Shown: positions 21,958 through 34,457, numbered from the stretch's first letter. The stretch is DNA of 64,000 nt from Paraspadella gotoi (GCA_051294375.1 CM119266.1:8647093-8711092), one strand, 5' to 3'. Notes: generated by a model from the letters alone, not told the origin. Program-made: numbers and translations.

Positions 21958-23338
21958 CGAAATAATAATATTAATAATCTCTCTCTGATAAAATTAGAAA
22001 TAAGAATAATAATAATTATTAATCTATATATATTTTTTTCTTTTTATTAATAAAAATATCACATTTTTACCACCACTTACTATCATCCTCGCACGGTCAA
22101 ACTCACTTTGACTTGTCGATGCAGCTCAAGTTGTCGCATTGAAACGAATCCTCTTCGTCCAAACTGCATTTGCGAAGTTTGAACTTTTTGTCGCAAAAAG
22201 TTTGGGTCATGTTGTGGACCTGACCCTTGCAACAGGACATTTGGTTGATGGTGCCGAGTTGTTTCAAGACTCGGAAGGAACTATAGGAAAAGCAATATGT
22301 ACTGTTTAATGCGTATATAATATATACTATATATTGTGTAATTTTTCTCTCTTTTCGTTGTTCAATAAGATAGCAGATTCGAAAACGAAAGTTTTAGTAT
22401 TTTTTACAACGATTTTTATTTACAAAATATTGGACATGTTTCGACTCTTGTTTTTCGAGTCAAAATGCTGATGAAGACTCGAAAAACAAGAGTCGAAACA
22501 TGTCCAATATTTTGTAAATAAAAATCGTTGTAAAAAATACTAAAACTTTCGTTTTCGAATCTGCTATACTATATATTGTATATACTTTGATTTTTTTTTA
22601 CCCAAATTCGATACAATGCATCTGACGCATAAAAAAAGTCTTGCCATTGAAGAATCAACAGTGTTAACAATTTAACCCGAAATTGCAACGTAGTGACAAT
22701 CCAATAAAATTATAACGCATTAAAAATAATAAAAATATTCTAAACTATGACTGTATCACTGACCGGCCATTGGGACACATGACTCGAGCGCAAAGACTCG
22801 GTTCTTCCGCACAAACTTCGCAACTCGGATTCGCGTCGCATCTTCGTCTCTGACTCATTCGACCTTTACACTCCGCGCCTCCGTCGCTAGGGGGCCGCGA
22901 GTTGCAGAGGCGGCGGCGGTGGCGGTGACCGCCCTCGCCGCAGGTCGCTGAGTATAGTGGAGGGTGGTGATTAGAAAGAAAAGTTAAAGGGAATGATTGA
23001 TGTTCTATGTGTTCAAAGTAATTATTTCGTTACGAACTGTGTTTCATTTTATCTTTACATATGATGCTCCAATTGATCCAATTCCCTGAATATTTATTAC
23101 GCAAGCTTACACTTTTTTGCTCCATTGACCTAAAAATTTGAAAATTTGCCTCCTTTCTCAAACCATAAGGTCTGCTCCACAAACTGGAAAATTTTAGGCT
23201 CTTTGCTCCACTGACCTGAACATTCGCTCCATTCGCTCCACTGACCCCATTGCCCGTCGACGCCCGAAGAAAATCCCCAAAATCTTTGGAAGAGATTTTC
23301 GAGGGAAATTGAAAGCGGCTCCTCTGAACCAGGGGTTG
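17760..23338 (-). CDS. Modular trypsin-like (S1) serine protease: TSP1 - Cys module - 3xLDLa - Cys module - 3xLDLa - protease domain
   Basis: TSP1 [42 protein letters not shown] and six LDLa repeats (e.g. [23 protein letters not shown]). Activation site SR|[16 protein letters not shown], catalytic triad TAAHC / NDIALMKL / DTCQGDSGGP, and stop TAA at 17760-17762. Confidence 0.92.
22323..22579. mobile_element. Palindromic hammerhead-ribozyme mini-element, copy 3, in a protease intron
   Basis: Perfect arms 22370-22461 / 22476-22567, tail 22338-22369, and direct repeat TATACTATATATTGT at 22323-22337 and 22565-22579. Plus-strand core at 22468-22504: CUGAUGA-A-GACUC(gaaaaacaa)GAGUC-GAAACAUGUC. Confidence 0.85.
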
Positions 23339-24009
23339 CTGTAGGAAATTGAATTGAAATGAATTGAAATTGAATTGATTTTCGAGGGAAATTGAAAGCG
23401 GCTCCTCTGAACCAGGGGTTGCTGTGGGAAATTGAATTGAAATGAATTGAAATTGAATTGATTTTTGACGGAAATTGAAAGCGGCTCCTCTGAACCAGGG
23501 GTTGCTGTGGGAAATTGAATTGAAATGAATTGAAATTGAATTGATTTTCGAGGGAAATTGAAAGCGGCTCCTCTGAACCAGGGGTTGCTGTGGAAAATTG
23601 AATTGAAATGAATTGAAATTGAATTGATTTTCGAAGGAAATTGAAAGCGGCTCCTCTGAACCAGGGGTTGCTGTGGGAAATTGAATTAAAATGAATTGAA
23701 ATTGAATTGATTTTCGAGGGAAATTGAAAGCGGCTCCTCTGAAGCAGGGGTTGCTGTGGGAAATTGAATTGAAATGAATGGAAATTGAATTGATTTTCGA
23801 GGGAAATTGAAAGCGGCTCCTCTGAACCAGGGGTTGCTGTGGGAAATTGAATTGAAATGAATTGAAATTGAATTGATTTTCGAGGGAAATTGAAAGCGGC
23901 TCCTCTGAACCAGGGGTTGCTGTGGGAAATTGAATTGAAATGAATTGAAATTGAATTGATTTTCGAGGGAAATTGAAAGCGGCTCCTCTGAACCAGGGGT
24001 TGCTGTGGG
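23294..24009 (-). repeat. 83-bp tandem repeat (~8.6 units) spanning an intron-exon junction
   Basis: AGGGGTTGCTG recurs at 23331, 23414, 23497, 23580, 23663, 23746, 23829, 23912 and 23995. Each unit is an (AATTC)-rich tract, ..CAG acceptor and the first ~44 nt of the TSP1 exon. Confidence 0.95.
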
Positions 24010-24233
24010 AGATGAAATCAAGTTTGAATAATTAAAGAATTATACATGAGTGAAATTCATTAAATTCTGTGTCCATTGTCTAAAATTATTAGTGCCATTG
24101 TTCTAATATATTCAATTACGAGGTATCTTTTTCTATTTCTACTTATTGGTTTCCTTTTTTCAACTACTTGTAAAATGATTACAATTGACATTGTCCTTTA
24201 TTAATTTGACGTTACTCCTCCGAATTGGCTTAC

Positions 24234-24894
24234 CCGCCTCGTCTCCCACAGGCATCGTGTAGAGAGTCCGGCCTCCGTCCGTGAGTCCCTCCGTCCGACC
24301 ATCAGTACTGGCTGCGGAATGGGGATAGAGTTCGGACGTAGTCGGCGTATGTTCGGACGTAAGGCGCGCATGGTCGGAGAGGGGATAAGAATGTGCTGAC
24401 AGGGGAAGAGCGTGAGCGGACAGGGGAAGAAAGTCTTCAGAAGAAGTTGGAAGTGAGTTTCCGGACAAAGGAAAAGAGTTTTCGGGCAGAGAAAGTTGAG
24501 ATTCGGACGAGGGAGGCTGAGGTTGATGATTAGATCGTGAGGGACTCGACACAGGACGCCAGTGACCGGACGAAGGACGCGACGGCCCGAACGAAGGGCG
24601 AGAGTGACCGGACGAAGGACGCGGGGGTCCGGACGAAGGGATAGGAATTCTGGCGCCGGCGAAACGAAGAGGAGGAACGAAGCGGCGACCGGAGGTGTTA
24701 GGAGAAGAATGAGTTGTTGTTGTTGTCGTCGTCATCGAGGGTGCGTCGGGAGAATAACTGAGAAAGCGGATGTATGAGGATTGAGGACGAGTTCGAGTCG
24801 TAATTGTCAATTCGCTCTCTNNNNNNNNNNCTCTCGCCATGACTAACGAAGATGCATTGACTCCACCCAAAGCGTTAAAATTAGTGGCCGTCAC
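24234..24894 (-). CDS. Ser/Pro/Thr-rich exon, probably upstream part of the modular protease
   Basis: Open S/P/T-rich frame interrupted by a 10-N gap. It ends in a phase-1 GTAAGC donor compatible with the phase-1 acceptor of the TSP1 exon. Confidence 0.55.
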
Positions 24895-25576
24895 GGAATA
24901 ATCAAGTCAAACTAACATTTTAGAACATTTTTTTCTTCTTAGAAATGAAGGAAATATTAAAAAAAATATCATTTATTGATATTGATTTAACATTCATTTA
25001 AAAGATTGTTTTTTATCATACAATTTTTTTCGCTTTATTGTTACTTAATATTAGTTTTTGGTTTCGAACCGACGAAATATTTACATTATAAGTCAGCCTA
25101 TCTACTCTTCAGCGTAAAGGCCATTAAAATTTATTAAACTTGGCTTCATTGAAGGCGAATCCCGAGTTAAGATTAACGAACCAAAACAGAATGATGATCT
25201 TTTTCTTTGAAGTTAATAGGGATCGACTTTAATGAATGATATCATACTCTCGGAGAATTAATGAATTAATGATTGATTAAAGAAATAAATAATAACCTTA
25301 CAAATGATTAGATGTCCGACGGACATTGTCTGTACTAGTGAAAGACCACAGCGATGAATGATCTCAGTTGTGAACAAGTGAATGACCTCATGAATGACCT
25401 CAGCTATGAATTCCTTCCGCAGTGAATGAACTCGACAGTGAATAACCTCCGTGAGTGAGTTTTACAATCTTTCGTTTTCTTAGAAAAATAAACTTTGATC
25501 GTCGAAAAAATTTTTTGAGAAGATAAATTATAAATAAACTTTTCTTTAAACAAAACAAGTAGCGATTGGCGCACGT

Positions 25577-25620
<44 letters not shown>

Positions 25621-27253
25621 TTTGAAGTTTTTGTTTTATTTTTCGAGAGCGAAAATATTTATGATTTCCCGTCACTCTCTCTCCCACCTCGCCCTGGGTT
25701 TCTCCTTCTCTTTTTTATGCCTTTGTCTCTTCCTCTCTTCCCCGCCTTCCCCCTTCGATCCTCGCCCTCTTTTCTTTTCTTCTCCCTCTTTCCCACTATC
25801 TCGACTTCTTCCCACTTTATTTCCTCTTTTTCTACTCCTTCTCTATCCCTCCCTCCCTCTCTCTCCTCGCCCTATCTTCCCCCTCCTCTTCCTACTTCCC
25901 ATCAAAGGCTACAAGGTCGTCGAAAGACTTTTTGACTCCCGAATTCGGAATTCGAGCCGAAAAAATCGAATCGGAACGAAAAGACAATTCGATGCATCAT
26001 TTTCATGAAGAGCATCTGTTGCATACGCGGCATTTAGCCAATTAATCGCGTATATTCATTTAATTTCTTGAATCTGTTTCTTCCTCTCAGATACTGATAT
26101 TTCATTTCATTTCAATTCATTAAATTTTCTAATTTTAGTGGCTCTCTATCACAGTTTTAGATATTCTTTTCCTCTGCAATTTTTTAAACAAATATTTAGC
26201 ATCAAACTTTTTTTTTATCAAATGCTTTCAAAAGTCTATCTAATTCTTCTGTCACTTTTTGACACAATTTAAAAAATCTTAATAATATTTAAAATAATTT
26301 AAAATTTTGAGAGAAATGCATTTGATTAGAGCCGAACCTCCAGGCGTCAACACTTAATCCATATTTTGTTCAGAATTCTCTTGAATCAACTCTTCTTTCT
26401 CTGTTTCTCTTCCTCCTCCTTTGTATAATTTGGAGTACAGTAAAAACATTGATAAATCGTCCTGTTGAGAAAATTTTTTATTTGGAAACATTTAAAATTA
26501 GTTCTTAAGTTTGTTGAGCTACGTTTGAAATAATTTGTATATTGTGAGGCTAATAAAAAAAATTTGTAGTACAGTACAAAAATGTTTCCGACATGACATA
26601 AATCAAATAGAATATTAATTGTCCTTTACAGAACGGGTGACGGAATTTCTTTTAAGACATCCAGGTGTTTAATGATTCCAGTAAGTTTTTGAATCACTTA
26701 TTCAAGAAACTGGGTGGTTTTTTTACTCCTTTTTTGGGACCATCCCTCACTCAACAGATTTTCTTAGGACCACCCCTTAAATTAAGGCTTAAGAAGTTAT
26801 TCCCTTACTCAAATTGGGTCTCAATTGACTTTTCCCACAGATATTCTCTTCCAGAGTCAAAGTTTGATAATAGGCGCAAAAAATCTTTGCGGTTTTTTTC
26901 TTCAAAACATCGATTTTCAGTTTTTGTTTACAAAATGAGTTCAACGATGAAAGAGACGAAATGTTTTGCCCTCGAGGGAGAGTAATCACTAATAAGTGAT
27001 AGAAATGATGAGATATCCCTTGTGATAATAAAAATAAGGAATTTGTGATAAAAATTACCATTAATATAATGAAAAAAAGTCACTTGTGTCTAAAATGAAT
27101 AATATCATTATTGAGCGATGAATTTGGATAAAGAATTATTAATTCATCATAAAATATTAAAAGAAACAAACTCTGATAAAAATGACATGAGACGATGCTC
27201 AATCACTTCTCCATCCCATTGCCCCCTCTATCCATCACTCCATCGCCACTTAC

Positions 27254-28720
27254 CTTGACGGGTCAGTCCAAGGCTCGACCCTGACTGAATCGATGTCTAA
27301 AGAAAGAGGATTATTCGTTCTCGTTTCCACCTCGTTGTTGTTGTCGCCGTTGTCGCGGCCCCACATGTCGCTCGTCAACCAAGAAAGCCAAAAGTCGTGA
27401 GAAGCGACTTCAGCGTCGTTGAAGAAAGCAATGAGGTCATCGTCACTTCGTTCGAGTGTTCACTGTTGTCGTTCACCGCCCAGCGTTCCCCTGTTTGTTG
27501 TTCTTTCATTCTTTGTTTCACTATTCGTCGTTATTCATTTGATGTTTAACCATTCGTTTTTTCCGCTGTTCATTGTTCCGCTGTTAACAGCTGACTGTTC
27601 TCCGTAACACTATTTATGTTTCACTGTTGGTCATCTCTTCATTAGTTCCATTGTTAATTGTTCTTTTGTTCATTGTTCTACTATTTGTAGTTACTTCATT
27701 CAATGATCCACCATCATTTGTCCTTCCGCTGATTGTCATCATATTTGTTGGTCTATGGTTCGTCATTTCTTTGTTTGTCATTTCACTATTCATTGTTTCT
27801 TTCATATAATGTTCCACTGTGTATTGTTACTTCGTTGACGTTCCACCACGTTTGTCCCATTGATCAACGACCCACTGTTTGTAGGTCTACTGAGGTCGTT
27901 TCTTGGTAGTCGTCCCATTGTTCGTTGTTGTTTCATTCACCGTTTCACATTTGTTGTTAATTCGATTGTCGTTTCAGTGCCCTCCATTTCACCGTTCGTC
28001 GTGAATTCTTTCGTCTTTCTATCCCTCGTCTTTTCATCCTCTGTTGTACGTTTGTTCGATTCAGTCGCGTTCGTCAATATCGTCGTCGCCGACGCCGTTG
28101 ACGAAGATGCTGCAGACGGTGACGATGATAACGACGACGTCGATGCGGACGACGACAACGACCCAGAGTCTGTTGTGGTTTGCATCGCTGAGGAATCCGA
28201 CAACGAAGCCAACTCACTCGTTAAACTTGACACTAAGATTTCCGACCTGTCGACGATGTCTCCGACATTGCCGACACCGTTTCCCGCTTTGCCGATGCTT
28301 CGCGTCGATTCTGCTCCTCAACGATGACGAAGAATCCGATGCTGTCTGCAGAATTGTAGCAAGTGCAGGCGATGACCTTGATGCCGATGCTCTCAATGCA
28401 GCAGCTTCAGGAAATGCCGATGATTTCGACGCCGTTGCTACAGACGCGATTGATTCACCCATGATTCCAGAGGATGTTGAGGTCCAGATGTCACCGCCGC
28501 TGCTGCCGCAGCCACTGCCGACGCCGCTGCAGTTCCTGGTTCCGCTGATCCCCGCGTGGCCGGGTCTCTCGACCTCGTAGCCGCCGACGCTTCCAGGTTG
28601 CCGACACAGCCGATGCTTTCCAAGTTGCCACTCTGCCGGAGTTCGGCGCCATGCCGAAGGACGCCGGCGTTCCTGGATCGATCCCGCGTCGATCGACGTC
28701 GAATCTAGGCGACGGGTGCC
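27254..28720 (-). CDS. Putative large mucin-like (S/T/A/N-rich) exon with frame breaks
   Basis: GC-rich, codon-like S/T/A and T-N-E-M-rich segments in successive frames, with a CAG acceptor near 28721 and a GTAAGT donor near 27253. The frame is not continuous. Confidence 0.4.
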
Positions 28721-29134
28721 GCTGGGGAAACAGAAAAAAATAGCAGAACAGTTTTAAAAAGGAAACAACTAAAAATTTAAAAATACCCCGTTTTTTTTAT
28801 CAAGATAATCTTTAAAACAAACACGTCAAACAGTCAACAAATGAACAATACAAGAACATAGAAAATTAAAAATATAAAAATTATACGTTCATTCAATAAA
28901 AAGCATATTTGACCCCGACTATGAAAGGCTATAGTGGGTTAAGGACTCTCTTTTACAAGATAAATAATAAATAACAAGCAGGACCAGAGCAATCATTCAA
29001 TCAAATAAATTCAGTATATTATTCAATTTTTCTACTTTCCTCCTTAAGAAATTGTATATCTTAGAAGCTCCAGTATAACCCCGTATTCCACTTCGCAAGA
29101 TACACCCTGTATCCCCTTCTTTTCCCTAACTCAC

Positions 29135-29732
29135 CCTGGAACTGCGAATCGTCGTAAAAGATTCTCCCTTCGGTTTCCAAGGCGACGGGGGAAAGGTGAA
29201 GACGAAGGTGAGAGGAGGATGGGAGAGGGAGAAGGAGGAAGAGGAAGAGGAGAAGAGAGCGAGGAAAGTTGGGGAGAAGGGAGGGGAGAAGAGGGAAGGA
29301 GGAGGGTCGGACTGACGGGCTGGCTGAAGAGTCGTTCGATGTCTTGCCCGACGGAGCGAACGAAAATGGACGCCCTGAATACACGGCGTCCTCGTGGCGA
29401 TTGTCGTTGTTGTCGCAGCTCGACTTTGTGAGAGTCACGGCTCCGAAGGAACGCTCGTCCGCGTCTATGGACGGCCGGTGACCTCTCTCTTCATTCAAGC
29501 GCTTCCTTTGGTCCGTCAAGCGTTCACTACTCTCTTCAGTCAGGCGCTTCCTTTGTTCAGTCAAGCGACGTTCCTTTTCTTGTTCTCTCGATCGCTCGTC
29601 GCGTCTTTTCTCTCTTTCGTTTCCGCCGGAAATTTTTTTCTTTTTCTTCCGAAATTTCGAGTCTTTTATCACAGATTTGGTTGTCGTTGTCGTCTTTGTC
29701 GGTCTGATCGCCCGACGCGATTTTACCGACAT
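29135..29732 (-). CDS. Putative first coding exon of the protease gene (charged N-terminus plus hydrophobic segment)
   Basis: ATG at 29732, a basic/coiled region, then SLLLFLFLLLPLPSSS and a GTGAGT donor at ~29134. Linkage to the protease exons is inferred only. Confidence 0.4.
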
Positions 29733-30735
29733 TTTATATCTCTAGAAGGGTGAGTTTCTGATTAAGCGAGATTATGTTCGATTAAGAAAGGCTCGAATTT
29801 TTATCGAAGCAACCGAAACTTTATTAACGGTGTTGAATTAGGAGAAATATTACCTATAAATTTAAATCGTTTTATAGTTACAAGAATACACTTTTATAGA
29901 CGGGGTTTTATTGTAAATCGCGAAAAATCTTTTTGTTTTAGCTCGGTAAAATTTGTTTTCACAGAAAACAACGGAAGCTTAAAATTTTCGGATTTTTTTT
30001 TCTTTTCCCCCAAAATATCGGCGAAAGGAAATCTAGGCGTCAATTTTAATTAACGAAGTTTTTTTTCCGCGAATAACGAGACGATAGTTTCATCCCGAAA
30101 TAAAGTAATTTGACTCGAAATAACAAGGTTTTAGTGTTTTTTTTCTTTTTGGCGCAAAAGATGAAGAAAATCAAAAGGATTGTTTTTTCTTCATAATTTT
30201 TTTGTTTTTGCGAAAAAATTTTATCATCATTTTATCGGTTAAATGTCCTTTGCGGCGATTTTTGTTTACGTAACACGGATTTTAAGATTTAAACATTAAA
30301 TTGGAAACTGTAGTAAGGTTCAACTTTGTGGTGAGAAGGAAGGGAGAAGCGATTTTGATTCATGGATGAGTCAATTTTGCACTGAGAAACTTGCACACTT
30401 TTAAGGATCACAGTTGAATTGTGTCGTTTTGCTATTCGACAAGCAAAATTTTCTATTGCATGAAAGCTTAAATTATTTATAATAATTTCGAGAAAGAAAT
30501 TATTTAAAACGGAGTTTCAAAAAAACATCAAGTACATTGATGAAGAGAGTTAAAAAAAAAATTGACCAAGTCCATTGTTAAAAAAAAAATCAAAATAAAA
30601 AAAAATTAACATCATTGATACATTGATAAAAATAAAACTGGTACAACGACGAAAGAAAAACCCATTGATTCGCGAGAGAAAGAAAATTAAGGCGGAAAAC
30701 AAAGTGTGAGTTCAACATCTGATCGGAGAAAAATC

Positions 30736-30737
<2 letters not shown>

Positions 30738-30808
<71 letters not shown>
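30738..30808. repeat. (GA)n microsatellite
   Basis: Directly visible. Confidence 0.9.
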
Positions 30809-30812
<4 letters not shown>

Positions 30813-33579
30813 CTCTTAATTTAGATTCCCGACGGGTGTATCGGGATAACAACGACAACAATCACTTTTTACTCCTTTTTCCTCGGATTTTATCCAAATA
30901 AAAAAAAGAAAATTTCGGATTAAAATTGGGATGAAAGAACCGAAATTCTTAAGGAGAAAAAAAAAGGTTTTATTTCCTTTTTTTTTTCCGATTTGATCCG
31001 AGATTTGGGCGGCGACGACGATGACGATGACGACGATGATGACGACGATGAAGATGACGACGAAGATCACAGCAACAAATATTCAAAACCGTATTTTACA
31101 TGATAATATTTTAAAAATGAATTAATGCAATTAATTAATAGTTTATGATGTTAAATAATAAATTAAAACTTAATGAGATCTCAGCGTGAGAAAGGTTTGT
31201 CTTCACTCCGTGAATTCACCGCCGAAGAAATCGGCGATGTTCATTTTTATGTCTGGACTGTAACCTTGACCACGAAAAAAATGGTTGTTTCACTTTTAAT
31301 ACAAAAAAATGGAAAAAGTCGAATGATTAGGAAAAAAATATTTAAAAATTGATTAATATTTTACTAACTGTACCAATGGTGTAAACTTATTCTTATTTTT
31401 TAATCCAACATTAATGAATGACGACAGTATAATTTTTTGTATTTTTACTGCATTCCCTTACAAATTCCAGAAAAAGTTATATTTTTATCTTTGCTATAGT
31501 TAGGATAATGTCTGTTAGTGATTAATGTCTTTCCCAGAAAATTCTTTCACTTGAAGATAAAAAAAATAAAATTCGTTTCTTCCGGATTTGAAAAAGAATT
31601 AATCAGAAAAAGAAGAAGAAGGAAAAGAAAAAAGAAAATCATAAAAAAATGAGCATTATTAATTATTTTTGGTTGATCACAAAGATTAAATAAATAAAAT
31701 TACGAGATTGAATAATGAATATGGGAATTAATCATGAAGTAAAAAGAAGGCAAGAAGGTAGAAACAGAAAGATAAAAAATGTTATAGGAAAAGGCGTTCC
31801 ATGGGTGCGTTCGTAGGGAAAAGTAGAAAAGGGAGAAAAATACTGAATGGTTATTAGAGAAAACAGAAAGAGAAGAGAAAAGAAAGGAAAAAAAAGTGAA
31901 GAGTACAAGAGGATTTAAAAAGAGGAAGTAAATGAAGGCAAGAAAAAAAGAAAAGAGAGAAAGAGAAAGGAGAAGTGAATTAGAGGGAGAGAGAGTGAAA
32001 GTAAGATTCGATCGTTAAAAAAGGTGAGTCATGAATCGGAACTTTGAGAAAAGTTGAATGAATGAGTGAAAGAATCAATTAATGATTCAATGAATGCTTG
32101 AATGAATTACTGAATGGACGAATGAATGCGTGCTACTGTTATAAATCAGAAATGTGAAGCTGATAACTTACTTCCAATGATGATGATGATGATCGACAAT
32201 GAGAAAAAAATGTTATCCAATAAAGATAATCGTTTATTTATGGGTGGGCGGGAGGCGGCGGAGGCGCGAGCAGGGTGGGGGATCTTAAGGGGAGGCCAGT
32301 TAGTGGGGGGCAGCAGACTAATTGATGACAAAAAGCGGATTATTAAGCATAATAAGATAAGACCTTATTACAAAAATTAAAAAAAAACAGTAGCTTGCTA
32401 TTTTTTTTTTCAAGTCGATATTGCCTTTAAAATGTAAATTAATTCAATTTATAATTTACTCCCTTAATTTTTGTTTCCTTTTGTTGTTTTTACTTTAATT
32501 TTATTTTCAGTTTTATTTTCTTTTTTTTATTTTCTTTTTTTTAACTTTTATTTTCATTCTATTTTTATTATTCCAAAGGTTTATTTTTTTTTCCCGTCGC
32601 TCAGGTCCGGTTGCGGTTATTTTTTTATTGACTCAACTTTTTTTTTCATTTTTAAATCTAACACAGATCGAGTTTTTGAAGATGTTTTTCGGGAGTTTAT
32701 CGAGTTTTTTGGGTTTTTGGGTTTTGAAGTCGAAGGGCGAATCTGAAATGTCACGACCCGAAAAATCGCTAATTCGCCAAAAGAACAAACATTTGAATTC
32801 AAATCGTTTGTTTTTTTCTTTAAAAGATGAGAATTTTTTGGATTTGCGTAATTTCGAAACAGATATTTTGTTTTCCGGGGCGTTTAACCGTGAATTATCG
32901 TGTCAATAACTGTGAGCTTTATTATCCCATTACTAAAAGCCTTTATTTTTAGATTGGACTGGGAAAACGCAGTTTCACTAAAAGTAACAATAATGTACAA
33001 ATATTTTTCGAGTCGTAAAAGTTACCATGGAGGTACATATTTTAAGGCGGGTCTTTTTCTTTCAATCAGTTTTTTCATTCTTCCTTTCCCCTTTATTTCC
33101 TTTATTTTCTTTTTTTTTATTTCTTTCTGTCTTTTTTTTCTGTTTTTCGTTCTTTCTGTCTCTCTTTCCTTCTTTCCCTCATGCCCTCATTCTTTCCCTT
33201 TTCCTTTTTTTAAATTTAAAGCGGAGTTTGAAAAAGAAATAAGATCCTAATTTTTTTACTAGACCCAAATATTGTGTCTTTTTTCGTTGAAAAAACGTAT
33301 TTGTTTTCGAGTATTATTTTTCTTTAGTGATGTTAAATTAGACGTTCTAACATTTTTTGTTTGAAGTCACTGTTTCATTTGTCATTTATAACTAAATTAA
33401 CTATTAAAGAGTTATGGTTCAATATCAATATATAAATATTTATATATATGAATATCCATTTCGTATGTTTCTTTCAGGTCATGAAACAATTTTTTTTTTC
33501 AATTTAAATTCTTTGGAATTTAACTTCTTCGACGCCGAAGATTTTGAACTTTGGCGCCGATTGTTGATCTTCAAATTGC

Positions 33580-33585
<6 letters not shown>

Positions 33586-33628
<43 letters not shown>

Positions 33629-33678
33629 CTTCATATAAAAATCTTCCTCTTCGTAGTAAAACAAAGTCCTCAACCTCA

Positions 33679-33736
<58 letters not shown>

Positions 33737-33879
33737 GAGAGACGAAAGTGTGCGATGGGCGGCGTATACTTCGGCGTCCCTGACTTCTTTCCGTCTCTCA
33801 CCTTTCGGGTGGGGGAAAATGGCGGGGGTCGAAGAGGGAGGGGAGGGGTTGAGACGATGTCGGGGGCAAAAAAAAAAAA

Positions 33880-33946
<67 letters not shown>
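33586..33946. repeat. (CT)n / (GA)n / A-run microsatellite cluster
   Basis: (CT)n at 33586-33622, (GA)n at 33687-33732, then a poly-A run and (GA)n at 33868-33946. Confidence 0.9.
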
Positions 33947-33951
<5 letters not shown>

Positions 33952-34229
33952 GTGATAATATTTTAAGGTAAATAGAGAAGAGAAAACAGGAAAATGATAT
34001 ATTGATTTAAAAAGTAATTGAAGAAGTCCTTTTCTTTTTAAGTAATTGAAGAAAGTTCTTTCTTTTTAGCTTAGAATTGCAGTTCGTAATCATAACTTAT
34101 TGAGTATGAGATTCAATCAAAAATATCTCGTCCGAGTTTTAAATTTTTATTTCTTGTCGTAAAAGTTGAGGACGAAAAAAAAATGAGTAAACAAAGGAAA
34201 ATTCTATTCTTTATCCTAATATTTATTAA

Positions 34230-34457
34230 TTATATATATGTAAATATTCGTGGTTGAATGTTCGTGAACGCATCATGTAGTGTTGTATGATGTAGGCCAT
34301 TGCATGCAAAACATTCACGTTCCGACTGACAATTCAGTTTCACATGTCCCGGCCTTAAGCACCGGAAGCAGAGACGGAAGTTTGTTGCTGATTCTTTACG
34401 GGAGATGGCGTCTGCATTTCGAAACATAGTGCAGAGGCTGATTGGGTGATTTTTCAT
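34230..34457 (-). mobile_element. BEL/Pao LTR-retrotransposon gag zinc-knuckle fragment
   Basis: H-x4-C...CFRCLRPGHVKLNC...CFACNGLHHTTLH matches the BEL/Pao triple Cys/His array. It is isolated between (TA)n tracts. Confidence 0.8.

Noticed and set aside
23294-24009. CRISPR-like regular repeat array
   Set aside because: The units are contiguous and near-identical with no unique spacers, the context is eukaryotic, and there are no cas genes.
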